Positions 9,516 to 20,494 of a DNA stretch of 64,000 bases are shown piece after piece. This stretch comes from Candidatus Niyogibacteria bacterium (GTDB lineage: Bacteria > Patescibacteriota > Minisyncoccia > HO2-45-28): NCBI GenBank assembly GCA_016181935.1, contig JACOYI010000003.1:35741-99740 (forward strand), in the 5' to 3' direction. The translations under genes were made by a program, and so were the position numbers. Within the stretch, counting starts at the first letter, position 1. Each line of letters starts with the position of its first letter. The notes under the pieces are model-generated. The model was not told the origin of the DNA and did no database searches. It saw only the letters and a list, made by a program, of their open reading frames with translations.

Positions 9516-10517
9516 ATGACAGATACCGCGATACGAAATGAACAACCGGCAGGCAGCGTTTTTTGGGTGGAAACCGATAAGATCCGGCCCAATCCGATGC
9601 AGCCGCGCCGCGAATTCGATGAGCCGAAACTCAAGGAACTCGCGGAGTCCATCCAGCAATACGGCATTTTGCAGCCGATGGTGGTGGTGCGCGTGGAGCG
9701 CGATACGGATACCGGCCGCGCCGTGGATTACGAACTGATCGCGGGCGAGCGCCGGCTTCGCGCCGCCAAGATCGCCGGTCTCGCGCACGTGCCGGTTCTT
9801 ATCCGCGACGAACCTGCCGATAAAGTGAAATTGGAATTGGCGCTCATTGAAAATGTCCAGCGCGAGGATCTGAATGCGATCGAGCGCGCGCGCGCATTCA
9901 AGCAACTGATGGACGAATTCAATTTGAAGCAGAAAGAAGTCGGCGCGCGCGTCGGTAAAAGCCGCGAATATGTTGCGAACACGATGCGTTTGCTTTCTTT
10001 GCCTGACTTTATCCAAAAAGCCGTCGTGGACGGCCGGCTAAGCGAGGGCCACACGCGCCCGCTCCTGATGCTTGCGGACCGGCCTCAAGAGCAGGAAGCG
10101 CTTTTCAATGATGTTTATTTTAAGCGCCTGACCGTGCGCGATGCCGAGCGCGCGGCGCGACGGATCGCCGTGGAGCGCGCCCGCCGCAGAGACGATATTC
10201 CGGATGCCGAAACGCGTTCGTTCGAGGAGCGGTTGCGCGAGGTGTTGGGAACGCGCGTGTACATCGAGCGAAAAGGCATCGGCGGCAAAATTTCCATTGA
10301 GTTTTTTTCGGAGGATGAATTGCGGAATTTGATCGCGCATGTCGCGTCGGCCAACGCAGAGGCCGCCCATCATCATGCCGAGGCCTTGGACCCGACGCCG
10401 GCGGCCGTCGAGCACACGGCGCCGGAAGAATGGAGCCGTGAATCGGATCCCGCGAATCCTGACGTCTCCGCGACCGCACACGCGCGCGAGGACGATATAA
10501 AAGGGTTTACGGTTTAG
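9516..10517 (+). CDS. parB: ParB/Spo0J partition protein
   Basis: PNPMQPR, GILQP, LIAGERRLRA, LIENVQREDLN, HTH with LSEGH. Confidence 0.96.
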   Translation: MTDTAIRNEQPAGSVFWVETDKIRPNPMQPRREFDEPKLKELAESIQQYGILQPMVVVRVERDTDTGRAVDYELIAGERRLRAAKIAGLAHVPVLIRDEPADKVKLELALIENVQREDLNAIERARAFKQLMDEFNLKQKEVGARVGKSREYVANTMRLLSLPDFIQKAVVDGRLSEGHTRPLLMLADRPQEQEALFNDVYFKRLTVRDAERAARRIAVERARRRDDIPDAETRSFEERLREVLGTRVYIERKGIGGKISIEFFSEDELRNLIAHVASANAEAAHHHAEALDPTPAAVEHTAPEEWSRESDPANPDVSATAHAREDDIKGFTV

Positions 10518-12267
10518 CGGGCTTTGCGTGCTCGGCGATCGAGTGTACGCCCCGGATCTTTTTGATCTGGGTTTTTATCTTTCCAAGTTGTCCGGGGTTT
10601 TTGTGCCGGAAACGAACGAGGATGACGGGGTACGCGCTCGCACGCCGTTCAACGGACGCCGTTTCGATGTTGATGCGAAAGCGCGCAAAAGCGCCCGAAA
10701 TGTCCTTTAAAAGTCCTACGCGGTCATTCACGGCGATCTCCAATTCGGTTTCGGTCGGTTTTGTTTCCGGCGGCGCCGCGCCTCGGAGAACATGGCGGAT
10801 CTGGGAGCGGGCGAGCGACGTTTTGACGAATGCAAGCCATTCCGAGCTCGGCCGCCGGTTTTTTTGCGTGATGATCTCGATCATGTCGCCCGACGAAAGG
10901 GGATGGTCGAGAGGGACCATTTTTGAATTCACTTTAACGCCCGCCGCGCGATTCCCGATATCGGAATGAATGTGGTAGGCGAAATCCACGGGCGTCGCAT
11001 TTTCGGGGAGATCCACGACGTCGCCTTTCGGCGTCAGGACGAAGATCCGGTCTTTGAAAAAATCGATCTTCAACGATTCCAAATAGTCATCCGAACGCTC
11101 GGCGTGGCCGAATTCTTTTTGCCATGTGCGAAGCTGGCGGACCCACGCGAATTTTTTCCCCACGAGGCGCGTCCCCTCTTTTGGTTTTCCGGTTTGGGTC
11201 CAAAGCCAGTGCGCGGTGATGCCGTATTCATTTTCACGGTGCATCGCTTCCGTTCGGATCTGGAATTCGGTCGCATTTCCATCGAGGCAGAACACGGTCG
11301 TATGCAAACTCTGATAGCCGTTGGGTTTCGGAAGCGCGATGTAATCCTTGATGCGGCCGGGCATGGGCGGCCACAGGGCATGGATGACGCCGAGCGCCGC
11401 ATAACAATCCTCGATCGTCGGCACAACGACGCGCAACGCCACCAGATCCAGAAGATGGTCCCAATTCATGTCATACCGCAGCAATTTTTTCCATGCGCTA
11501 TAAAAATGTTTTGCGCGCGCCGAAACGAAGAGCGCCGGAATGTTTTCGTCCGCAAGCGCTTTCTCGAGGATCGGTCTTATTTTTTTCAGATGCTCCTCGC
11601 GCGCCGGGATCCGCTTGCGGATCTCGCGCGCCATCCATCGGTGTTCGTCCGGAAAGACATAGGCGAACGCGAGATCCTCAAGCTCGCCCTTCAGTTCCCC
11701 CATGCCGAGGCGATCGGCAATGGATGCGTAAATATCAAGAGTTTCTTTTGCGATGCGAAGGCGCTTTTCTGGCGCGGGATGCGCCCAAAGCGTCTGCATA
11801 TTGTGAAGGCGGTCCACCAGTTTCAGGATGATCACGCGAACGTCTTCGGCGACCGCAAAAAGCATGCGCCGCATGCTTTCCGCGGCGCGCTCCGCTCCAT
11901 GGTAATGGATCTTGTCCACTTTTGTGACGCCGTCGACGAGAAACGCGATCTCATCGCCGAACCGTTTTTTGACGTCGGAGAGCGCCCCGCCGTCTTCAAC
12001 GGTGTCGTGCAAAAGGGCCGCCGCGATCGTCGGCGCGTCTAGTTTGTATGCTGTGGCGCTCTGCGATACCGCGATCGGATGCGTGAAATACGGGTCGCCC
12101 GAAAACCGTTTTTGTTCGCGGTGAATATCTGCCGCGTAATCGAATGCTCTACGGATCAGCGAAAGTTCGGCGCCGGTATAGCGGTTTCCGGAAATGCGAA
12201 CGAGTTCACGATGATAGGCGTCCCAATCCAGGAGTGTTTGAGGTGCGAGATTCGTGAGATCATTCAT
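10507..12267 (-). CDS. rel: Long RelA/SpoT homologue (HD, synthetase, TGS, ACT)
   Basis: LLHDTVED, DRLHNM, KDYIALPKPNGYQSLHT, TPVDFAYHIH, ACT DRVGLL. Confidence 0.95.
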   Translation of the reverse strand: MNDLTNLAPQTLLDWDAYHRELVRISGNRYTGAELSLIRRAFDYAADIHREQKRFSGDPYFTHPIAVSQSATAYKLDAPTIAAALLHDTVEDGGALSDVKKRFGDEIAFLVDGVTKVDKIHYHGAERAAESMRRMLFAVAEDVRVIILKLVDRLHNMQTLWAHPAPEKRLRIAKETLDIYASIADRLGMGELKGELEDLAFAYVFPDEHRWMAREIRKRIPAREEHLKKIRPILEKALADENIPALFVSARAKHFYSAWKKLLRYDMNWDHLLDLVALRVVVPTIEDCYAALGVIHALWPPMPGRIKDYIALPKPNGYQSLHTTVFCLDGNATEFQIRTEAMHRENEYGITAHWLWTQTGKPKEGTRLVGKKFAWVRQLRTWQKEFGHAERSDDYLESLKIDFFKDRIFVLTPKGDVVDLPENATPVDFAYHIHSDIGNRAAGVKVNSKMVPLDHPLSSGDMIEIITQKNRRPSSEWLAFVKTSLARSQIRHVLRGAAPPETKPTETELEIAVNDRVGLLKDISGAFARFRINIETASVERRASAYPVILVRFRHKNPGQLGKIKTQIKKIRGVHSIAEHAKPAKP

Positions 12268-14359
12268 TCTTTTTTGATTTTCCCTTTTTCCCTCTGAATG
12301 AACAGGATTTGTTCGAACATTTCTCGCCGGTGGGGGTTTCGATGAGCGGTGAGGCGCATTCGATGCAGAGTTTGCCGGTCGGTTTGCGCCATGTTGCGAA
12401 TTTGCATTGAGGCCAGCGCGAACAGCCGTAAAAAAGACGCTTTGTTTTTGTGTGGCGCTCGACGATCGTGCCTTCGTTGCAGAGTGGGCAGGGAATATTG
12501 AGAGAGACCGGCGGCAGGGCCTCCGTGTATTTGCATTCCGGAAAACCCGAACATGCAATGAAGCGTCCGAACCGGCCGTGGCGGACGATCAAGGACTTGC
12601 CGCATGTGGGGCATGCGCGGTCCAAGGGCTCCGTGAGGTCCTCTTTGGCGACGGTCTCATATTTTTCCTTGAGATTTTTCGCGAAGGGCTCATAAAATTC
12701 CTGAAGTATGGGGCGCCACTCTTTCTTCCCCGATGCGATCGAGTCAAGTTTTTCCTCCATGGCACGCGTGAAATCCACATCGATGACATCAGCAAAATGC
12801 TCGACCAGAAGGGCGATCACTTTTTCGCCGATCTCGGTCGGCGCAAATCGCTTATCGTCGTCGCGCGTGACATAACCGCGTTCTTCCAGCGTCGAGATCG
12901 TCGGCGCATAGGTGGACGGGCGGCCGATGCCCGATTCCTCGAGCACTTTAACGAGCGACGCATCGCTGTAGCGCGCGGGGCCTTTGGTTTGGCGTTCCTT
13001 GGATTCGACGCCGGAGAGCGCGAGCGTCTCTCCGTCGGAGAGCTCGGGAAGAATGACATCCGTTGTTTTGTAGGGGTAGATCTTCAAAAAACCGTCGAAT
13101 CGGATGAGGGAACCCGTTCCTTTGAGTCCATAGGATTTCGCTCCCCGCGCATGGATCGCAATGCGGGTTTCGTCGAACAGCGCTTCCGGCATTTGGGATG
13201 CCATAAAACGGCGCCAGATCAATTCGTACAGGCGCGCTTGCGCCGAATCCTTGAATTTCGAATTCAGCGCATCGGGGGTTCCTGCAGGATTTGTCGGCCG
13301 GATCGCTTCATGGGCTTCCTGGGCGAGTTTGGAGGCGGTCTTGAATCGGCGTCCGCCGGGGATGGCATAATCGGGACCGAACGTTGTTTTCAGATATTCG
13401 GACGCGGCAAGGAGAGCTTCGGGCGCGATCGCGAATGAATCCGTGCGCATGTAGGTGATAAAGCCCGTTTCATAGAGTTGCTGGGCGATGGTCATTGTTT
13501 TTTTGGCGGAAAATCCCAAACGGCCGAACGCATCCTGCTGAAGCGTGGATGTCGTGAATGGTGGATTCGGGGAACGCTTGCGTTTTCGTTTTTCGAGCGA
13601 CGCAATGGAAAAGGCCGCTTTTTTCAAATCGTCGGTTACGGCAACAGCTTCCGTTTTATCGAGCATGCCGGGTTTTTCGATGGCTTTTTCGTCGATGCTC
13701 TCGAGGGTGGCGCCGAAGGGGATGCACTCCGCCGTTTGGCTTGTACAATTTTGTTTTTGGAGCATTGCCTCGATGGTCCAAAATGTTTGCGGCCGGAAGG
13801 CGCGGATCTCATTTTCACGTTCAACGATCAGGCGGAGCGCCACCGATTGAACGCGGCCGGCGGAAAGTCCGCTCATGACCTTCCGCCAAAGAAACGGAGA
13901 AAGTTTGTATCCCACCAGACGGTCGAGGATCCGGCGCGCCTGTTGGGCGTCCACCAAATGCTGATCAACGCCGCGCGGATGCTCGATGGCGTCGAGGATC
14001 GCTTTTTTCGTGATCTCGTGAAAAACAATGCGGTCCATCGGTTTCGGTCCGCCTTTTTTCCCGTCGAGCTCCAATGCTTGCTGGATGTGCCACGCGATCG
14101 CTTCGCCTTCGCGGTCCTCGTCGGTCGCGAGAATGACATGGGTGGCCTCCGCCGCTTCTTCTTTCAGTTTTTTGACCACCGGCCGGGCTTTGCGGGAAAT
14201 GACGTAATGCGGTTCGAAATTATTTTCGACGTCCACCCCCAATTCATAACTCGGCAGGTCGCGGATATGGCCGTAGCTTGAATCAACCTTAAAACCCCGA
14301 GGCAAGAATCGGGAAATGGTGCGGGCTTTCGTGGGCGATTCGACAATGACAAGCTGCAT
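12260..14359 (-). CDS. topA: DNA topoisomerase I
   Basis: LVIVESPTKA, ATDEDREGE, SAGRVQS, ITYMRTDS, GIGRPSTY, C-terminal zinc ribbons. Confidence 0.98.
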   Translation of the reverse strand: MQLVIVESPTKARTISRFLPRGFKVDSSYGHIRDLPSYELGVDVENNFEPHYVISRKARPVVKKLKEEAAEATHVILATDEDREGEAIAWHIQQALELDGKKGGPKPMDRIVFHEITKKAILDAIEHPRGVDQHLVDAQQARRILDRLVGYKLSPFLWRKVMSGLSAGRVQSVALRLIVERENEIRAFRPQTFWTIEAMLQKQNCTSQTAECIPFGATLESIDEKAIEKPGMLDKTEAVAVTDDLKKAAFSIASLEKRKRKRSPNPPFTTSTLQQDAFGRLGFSAKKTMTIAQQLYETGFITYMRTDSFAIAPEALLAASEYLKTTFGPDYAIPGGRRFKTASKLAQEAHEAIRPTNPAGTPDALNSKFKDSAQARLYELIWRRFMASQMPEALFDETRIAIHARGAKSYGLKGTGSLIRFDGFLKIYPYKTTDVILPELSDGETLALSGVESKERQTKGPARYSDASLVKVLEESGIGRPSTYAPTISTLEERGYVTRDDDKRFAPTEIGEKVIALLVEHFADVIDVDFTRAMEEKLDSIASGKKEWRPILQEFYEPFAKNLKEKYETVAKEDLTEPLDRACPTCGKSLIVRHGRFGRFIACSGFPECKYTEALPPVSLNIPCPLCNEGTIVERHTKTKRLFYGCSRWPQCKFATWRKPTGKLCIECASPLIETPTGEKCSNKSCSFRGKKGKSKKNE

Positions 14360-14373
14360 AATGGAAGGAGCGT

Positions 14374-14559
14374 TTTTAATTTTTTGAAATGTTGCGGAAA
14401 CGCTTTGAAAATGAAGAAGTATTGCGAGCGAAAATAGCGGTCGGAAAATCCTGACTGGAGCGAAGCGGAAGGAAGGAGGAACGGGAACCGCGTGAAGTTT
14501 TCGCGAGCAAGACGACTATCATTTTCAAGCGCTGGAGCATGTATTGAAAAAAATTAAAA
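14374..14559. repeat. Intergenic long imperfect inverted-repeat element
   Basis: CGCTTTGAAAATGA (14401) vs TCATTTTCAAGCG (14519); outer TTTTAATTTTTT vs AAAAAATTAAAA. Confidence 0.6.
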
Positions 14560-15450
14560 GCGCCCCTTCTTAAAGCCGGTTTTATGGAATAATCCGCCGC
14601 GGTTTTCGATCTTTCCCGCGAGTTCCAACCGCGTGAGCCGTCCCAGTAATTCCGAAATGGATGTCCGGACGGCGTCCGCAAGCATTTCGGCATTCTGCGG
14701 CGTTTCCAAACAACGGAGCAGATTGTTATCATTTTCGTCCATGATGTCAAGTGCGGGGCGGATTTTAACCTCCAATCCCAAGAGTTCATAGACATCATCG
14801 AGCGTCCGGATGAGCGCCGCCCCTTCTTTCAATAGTTGATTCGTTCCCTTTGAATTGATCGAGGTGATCTCGCCGGGGACCGCCCCTACGTCGCGGTTAA
14901 AATCCAGAGCGAAACGCGCGGTGATCAACGCCCCGCTTTTTTCCGGCGCCTCTATGACAATGGTCGCTTCGGCGAGGCCCGCGATGATGCGGTTTCGCTG
15001 GGGGAAGGTCCACGTCTCGGCTGGCATATCGGGTTCGAACTCGGAAACGATGGCGCCTCCGGTCTCCAAAATTTGTTCCGCTAAACGGCGGTTGGTCATC
15101 GGGACAATGTGATTCAACCCGGAACCGAGCACGGCGATGGTCGGCGATTTTCCTGCGAGCGCCCCCGTATGCGCCTCTGCGTCAATGCCGAGCGCCAAAC
15201 CGCTTACGACCGCAATGCCGGCATTGGATGCGTCGCGCGCAAGGTCGCGCGCGGTTTCGAGTCCGTAGCGCGTGGCTCTCCGTGTTCCGACGATCGCAAC
15301 GGAGGGCGCATGCGCGAGCACTTCCGCATTTCCGAGACAATACAAAATTTCGGGCGGTTCGGGAATGTGCCGTAAGCCGTCCGGAAAGCGTTCATCGGTT
15401 CGGGCGAGTTTTTGGATAGAGAATCGCACGTCCTTACTATTATATATCAA
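14554..15450 (-). CDS. dprA: DNA processing protein DprA (start uncertain)
   Basis: VAIVGTR, VVSGLALGIDAEAH, FPQRNRIIAGL, KSGALITA; upstream of topA. Confidence 0.96.
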   Translation of the reverse strand: MIYNSKDVRFSIQKLARTDERFPDGLRHIPEPPEILYCLGNAEVLAHAPSVAIVGTRRATRYGLETARDLARDASNAGIAVVSGLALGIDAEAHTGALAGKSPTIAVLGSGLNHIVPMTNRRLAEQILETGGAIVSEFEPDMPAETWTFPQRNRIIAGLAEATIVIEAPEKSGALITARFALDFNRDVGAVPGEITSINSKGTNQLLKEGAALIRTLDDVYELLGLEVKIRPALDIMDENDNNLLRCLETPQNAEMLADAVRTSISELLGRLTRLELAGKIENRGGLFHKTGFKKGRF

Positions 15451-15542
15451 ACCAAGGAGTTAAGGGTTACCCTTTGGTTGCGTGTTGACAGACATGAAGG
15501 TGGATGTATAGTAGGGGCGGATTTTACAACTTGGAGGTTCGT

Positions 15543-16694
15543 ATGAACGATCCGCTCTATCGACTTCTCGGCGCCTATCACGAGCGTCTTTTTGACTACG
15601 AGCGTGGGCTCGATTTTCCGGGCGAGATTCATCTGTTCCGGCATCCCGGGATACCGGCAGATGTTCTTTTCGCATGCGTGAAAACAGCGTTCGCGAGTTC
15701 CACCGGCGGGACGCACTGCGACGAATTGCGGCCGTTGAATCCTCATGGCTGGGCAAGTTTTGACGAGGCGATGGAAAAAGTCGCGCATAAAGCGCTCGCC
15801 ATGCGCCAAAAAAATCTCATTCATGGATTGCCCTATGGCGGCTCGAAGGGCGTGATTGTCGGACGCGGACCGATCGCGGCGGGCAAGAATCGTCTTCGTG
15901 TTTTTCTAGAAATATGGCCGCATGCCATCAATTTTTTCAACGGCAAATTGTATACCGGCGCTGATGTCGGCGTCGGAGAGCCGGAGGCGCTTCTGGCGCG
16001 CGGGCGTACGCCGTGGGTGTTCGGTCTTCCGAAAAATTTCGGCGGCTCCGGCGATCCCTCGGAAAACACGGCGTATGGATTGGTCGGCGTGATCGATGCG
16101 TATCGCGACCTGTTCCATCTGTTCCATGCGGGCGGCAAACTTACCGTTGCCATCAAAGGCGTTGGCAAAGTCGGTAAAGAAGTTTTGCGGCTGCTCCACG
16201 AGCGCGGTGATCGGATCTTTTTTGCGGATGTGTTGCCGGATGCGATAGAAAAAATCCAGAGAGAATTTTCCGGCGTTACGCCATGCGTTCCGCACGCGAT
16301 CCACAAACTTCCGCGGGGCGTGGACGTTTTCGTTCCGTGCGACAAGGACGTGGCCGTAACATCGGAAACTGTGGATGAATTTGCGTGCAAAGCCATCATC
16401 GGCGCGGCCAACGACCAATGCCGCGATCCGGCGCTCGAAGAGCGCCTGCACGAACGCGGTATTCTGCACATGACGGATTTTTTGGTGAATGGCGGCGGCG
16501 TCATCACCATCACATCAGAACTCGGTTCATCGGGATACGACGAGGCCGCGGTGAAAGCAAAGATCGATGAAAGCGTCATCGAGCAATCGCGCGCGGTAAT
16601 GCAGGAATCGCTTGAAACCGGCCTCGCACCCTACAAAATTTGCGCGCGGCTCGTTCAAGAAGAAGCCGAACGCACCGGTAATGTCCTTTCGTGA
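15543..16694 (+). CDS. Glu/Leu/Phe/Val dehydrogenase, leucine dehydrogenase-like
   Basis: GGSKG, TGADVG, GSGDPS..TAYG, GVGKVG, GAAN, DFLVNGGGVI. Confidence 0.85.
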   Translation: MNDPLYRLLGAYHERLFDYERGLDFPGEIHLFRHPGIPADVLFACVKTAFASSTGGTHCDELRPLNPHGWASFDEAMEKVAHKALAMRQKNLIHGLPYGGSKGVIVGRGPIAAGKNRLRVFLEIWPHAINFFNGKLYTGADVGVGEPEALLARGRTPWVFGLPKNFGGSGDPSENTAYGLVGVIDAYRDLFHLFHAGGKLTVAIKGVGKVGKEVLRLLHERGDRIFFADVLPDAIEKIQREFSGVTPCVPHAIHKLPRGVDVFVPCDKDVAVTSETVDEFACKAIIGAANDQCRDPALEERLHERGILHMTDFLVNGGGVITITSELGSSGYDEAAVKAKIDESVIEQSRAVMQESLETGLAPYKICARLVQEEAERTGNVLS

Positions 16695-16720
16695 AAAATA
16701 CCCCCCGCCTTGGCAGGGGG

Positions 16721-16748
16721 TTGACTTTTTTTCCAAAGGGTATATAAT
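16721..16748 (+). promoter_or_regulatory. Sigma70-type promoter
   Basis: TTGACT-16 nt-TATAAT. Confidence 0.65.
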
Positions 16749-16907
16749 CACCGTCAGTTAGGTCTTTAAGCTTTCTATCCGTTAACCCCCAAAAGGGAGA
16801 AAAAACAGCGTCGGGCGCAGGTTTCCCCCAAAGATCTTCCGGAAACGGAAGCGCATTTCCAACATGGCTCGCTGATCGTTGGGCGGGCTTTCACGAACAG
16901 GTGTGTC

Positions 16908-18479
16908 ATGGAAAACGGAGCAGACAATCTGCAGGTCGTTTCTCTCGATGATCTCGAGCAGACCATCGCGGGCATCGATGCGAAGAAGGAGGAGCAGAAG
17001 GCAGTGGACCAATACACCATGAGCCTCCTGCCCTTCTTCGAGAAGTTGCCGGTACTCGTCGACAAGCTCATCGCCGAACAGTATCGTTCCGGCGGTGGCG
17101 GCGGGCAGGACGAAGTCATCCGCAAGCAGATCCTCGAGCGGGGCGGTCTCGATCCGGTCGCGCAATTTCGCGCTCGGATGATCTACTTCGAGCGTCTGGC
17201 CTTCTACGCAAGGCAGCACGGCGGTGTTCCGAGTTTCGCCGCCGTGATGCGCGCGGTCAAGGAGTATCGGCTGATCAAGGAGGCCGGCAACAAGGCGCAG
17301 GGCGCGCGGAACGCGTACATCGTCGGCGAAACGAAGTATACGCTTTCGCTGGAGGTGTCTTCCGAGCTTCGTGAATTCGCGGAGCAGAAGTTTTTCCCGG
17401 CACTGCGCGCTCTCGAGCGCGTGTCATCCGAGAAAGCGCACATGCAACGCGAAACCGCCCGGCGTGATTTTCGCGCCGACGTCACCATCACGCCGCTTCA
17501 ATTTTTGGGCGGCACGTCCGGAGTGACCATTCTTCCCATCCCGCCTCGTCGGTTCAAAAAAACCGACCGCGAGACCAAGGAAGAAATCGAAATCACCCAG
17601 CCCGGTGGACAGGTGAAAATGGAGTCGAACGGCCGGACATTCTGGGTGCTCGACGCAACCGGCTCGAAGAGATTCATCGACGCAATGGAGCGAGGGCGGG
17701 ACTTGGATGCCAAGGTTCTCGTCAGGAGCATTTCTGAAGCTCCGCCGCTCAAAGTGAAGGAGTGGCGGGAGATCAACGAAGAGACGCTCCGGTCGATGAC
17801 GTTCGTTCACGCTGCGGTTCATGCCTGCTGGCAGAAGATGGGCCAGATGAAGAACGCCCGCGACCGCGCAACGATTCCCGAGTACGAATTTGTGCTCGGG
17901 CCCAAGAAGCCGGGTGTCTCGTTCTTCCGTCTTCCGATGTTCTATTGGAAGACGAGGATGAAGGGTGGCACCGAGATCCCCATTCCGTACTCTGATCTCT
18001 GGGGTCTTATCGAGCGCGACAAGGAAGGCATGCTCCAACTGTTGGAGTACGACTCTTTCGCGTTCGAGTTTCTGGCGGCCTGCATGGGCAAGGTGAAGCC
18101 CGGCGACAAGTACGCCGGCGTTCTCCAGCCGCTTCGGTCCGTTCTCCAGCGGTGGAACGTGGAGACCCGCGAATTGGCGGAGCAGGAAAAAGATCCCGAG
18201 TGGCAGAGGATCATCGCGCAGTGGAAAGAGGAGGCCGCAACCGCGGCCGCAGCTGCGACGCAAGAAGATCAAGCGCATCGGGACCATCTGGCGCGGCTCA
18301 AGGAGACCGATCCGGATGGCTACGAGCGAGCAATCGCAGCCGAACAGGCGCCCGGCGATGACACCGGTGATGACGATCCGGAAGGCGTGCAGCTCGGCGC
18401 CTCGGAATCCGAACCGCCCAGCGGCGAGTCGGACGGCGCGGAAAAGCCGAAGAAGGAGCGGAAGCCCCGCAAGAAGTAA
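16908..18479 (+). CDS. Hypothetical protein with an acidic then basic low-complexity tail
   Basis: 523-aa ORF with strong C/G3 codon bias, own promoter and downstream hairpin; no motif recognised. Confidence 0.8.
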   Translation: MENGADNLQVVSLDDLEQTIAGIDAKKEEQKAVDQYTMSLLPFFEKLPVLVDKLIAEQYRSGGGGGQDEVIRKQILERGGLDPVAQFRARMIYFERLAFYARQHGGVPSFAAVMRAVKEYRLIKEAGNKAQGARNAYIVGETKYTLSLEVSSELREFAEQKFFPALRALERVSSEKAHMQRETARRDFRADVTITPLQFLGGTSGVTILPIPPRRFKKTDRETKEEIEITQPGGQVKMESNGRTFWVLDATGSKRFIDAMERGRDLDAKVLVRSISEAPPLKVKEWREINEETLRSMTFVHAAVHACWQKMGQMKNARDRATIPEYEFVLGPKKPGVSFFRLPMFYWKTRMKGGTEIPIPYSDLWGLIERDKEGMLQLLEYDSFAFEFLAACMGKVKPGDKYAGVLQPLRSVLQRWNVETRELAEQEKDPEWQRIIAQWKEEAATAAAAATQEDQAHRDHLARLKETDPDGYERAIAAEQAPGDDTGDDDPEGVQLGASESEPPSGESDGAEKPKKERKPRKK

Positions 18480-18544
18480 GCAGTGGTTCTGTGAAGCCGG
18501 GAGTGGCATTGCCATTCCCGGCGTTTTATTTTAGAATGAACTTA

Positions 18545-20398
18545 ATGAAATTATTCTCTCGCAATATCGCCATTGCGATTTTGGTTTTGTTGCTGATCGC
18601 GACGCTCTATCCGGTCGTCACGGGTCAGCTGCAGCCGAAAGAGACATTCGCGCTTTCCGATGTCGTGTCCGAGATCCGCACCGGAAACGTGACGTCGATC
18701 ATGATTTCGGGCGACGATCTCGCGATCCGTCTGAAGGACGGGAGCGAGCGCGCATCGAAAAAAGAATCGGAAGCGGGGCTCACGGAAACCCTCAAAAATT
18801 ATGGCGTGACGGATGCGATGCTGGAATCGATCGCCATCACCGTGGAAGGGCCATCCGGATTTTTGTTCTGGGCAGGGGCGGTTCTGCCGTTTCTATTGCC
18901 GTTTGTGCTCGTGATCTTTTTCTTCTGGCTCATTTCGCGCCAAGTCAAACAAGCCAATGTCCAGGCATTCACGTTCGGGAAATCGCGCGCGCGCGTGATC
19001 TCTCCCGACAGCAAAAAAAACCGCATTACATTCGGCGATGTGGCGGGCGCGGACGAAGCAAAACAGGAACTTTCCGAGATCGTTGATTTTTTGAAAAGTC
19101 CCAAAAAATTCCATGCGATCGGCGCGCGCATCCCCAAGGGCGTATTGCTCATGGGCGCTCCAGGGACGGGGAAAACGCTTCTTGCGCGCGCGGTCGCAGG
19201 CGAGGCGGGCGTCCCCTTTTTCCATATGTCCGCATCCGAGTTCGTGGAAATGTTCGTGGGGGTGGGCGCATCGCGCGTGCGCGATCTTTTTAAAATGGCA
19301 AAGCGCTCGGCGCCCGCCATTATTTTCATTGACGAGATCGATGCGATCGGCCGCCATCGCGGCGCGGGATTGGGCGGCGGGCACGATGAACGCGAACAGA
19401 CGCTCAATCAAATTCTGGTGGAATTGGATGGATTCGAGCCGCATGAATCGGTGATCGTGATGGCGGCAACCAACCGCCCCGATGTGCTGGATCCCGCGCT
19501 TTTGCGCCCCGGCCGGTTTGACCGCCGCGTCGTCATTGATCTGCCGGACTTGAAAGCCCGCGAGGCGATCCTCGCGATCCACGGCCGCGGAAAACCGATG
19601 AGCGAAAAAGCGGACCTGCATGAAATCGCCCAGCGAACGCCCGGATTTTCGGGCGCCGACCTCCAGAATTTGATGAATGAAGGGGCGATCTTGGCCGCGC
19701 GAGAAAACCGCAAGCTGATCGAGCAGAATGACCTGCTTGTTTCGATCGAGAAAGTGATGCTCGGCCCCGAACGCAAAAGCCATATTTTGTCGCCTGAAGA
19801 AAAAAAGATATCCGCGTATCACGAGGCGGGACATGCATTGGTCGCCGCCACGCTTCCCGAAGCCGATCCGGTGCATAAGGTCTCGATTGTATCGCGCGGG
19901 CGCGCCGCAGGGTACACCCTTAAACTTCCGGTGGAGGACCGCCACTTGTATTCCAAAAAACATTTTTTGGCGGAACTGGCGGTTGCGCTTGGCGGATACG
20001 CGTCCGAAGAGGTGGTGTTCAATGAACTGACGACCGGCGCATCGAATGATTTAAAAACCGCGACCGCGATCGCGCGGGACTTGGTTACGCGCTACGGGAT
20101 GTCGGAAAAGATCGGCCCGGTATCGCTCGACGAGCCGCACGAAATGGTGTTTTTGGGCAGAGAGCTCGGCATGGAGCGGACATATTCGGAAAAAATGGCC
20201 GAGGCTGTGGATTCAGAAGTCGCGCGATTCATGAAAAACGCGTACCAGACCGCCCTTGATATTTTGAAAGAAAAGCGCGAAGCTCTGGAGGCCATCGCAA
20301 AACATCTGATCGAAAAAGAGACCATTGAGCGCGAAGAGTTCGCCAAACTCATGGGCTCGTTCGGGATTCAGGCGACGCGCGGGGCGTCTGCGGCGTAA
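18545..20398 (+). CDS. ftsH: ATP-dependent zinc metalloprotease FtsH
   Basis: Two TM helices, [29 protein letters not shown]. Confidence 0.98.
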   Translation: MKLFSRNIAIAILVLLLIATLYPVVTGQLQPKETFALSDVVSEIRTGNVTSIMISGDDLAIRLKDGSERASKKESEAGLTETLKNYGVTDAMLESIAITVEGPSGFLFWAGAVLPFLLPFVLVIFFFWLISRQVKQANVQAFTFGKSRARVISPDSKKNRITFGDVAGADEAKQELSEIVDFLKSPKKFHAIGARIPKGVLLMGAPGTGKTLLARAVAGEAGVPFFHMSASEFVEMFVGVGASRVRDLFKMAKRSAPAIIFIDEIDAIGRHRGAGLGGGHDEREQTLNQILVELDGFEPHESVIVMAATNRPDVLDPALLRPGRFDRRVVIDLPDLKAREAILAIHGRGKPMSEKADLHEIAQRTPGFSGADLQNLMNEGAILAARENRKLIEQNDLLVSIEKVMLGPERKSHILSPEEKKISAYHEAGHALVAATLPEADPVHKVSIVSRGRAAGYTLKLPVEDRHLYSKKHFLAELAVALGGYASEEVVFNELTTGASNDLKTATAIARDLVTRYGMSEKIGPVSLDEPHEMVFLGRELGMERTYSEKMAEAVDSEVARFMKNAYQTALDILKEKREALEAIAKHLIEKETIEREEFAKLMGSFGIQATRGASAA

Positions 20399-20494
20399 AC
20401 AACTAAAACACGTTTTTTGTGCGCGCGGTAGTTGACCGCGCGCTTTGATTTTTTAACGCTGAAAGCAACCCCCTGTTCTTTCAAAAGAGGTTCG

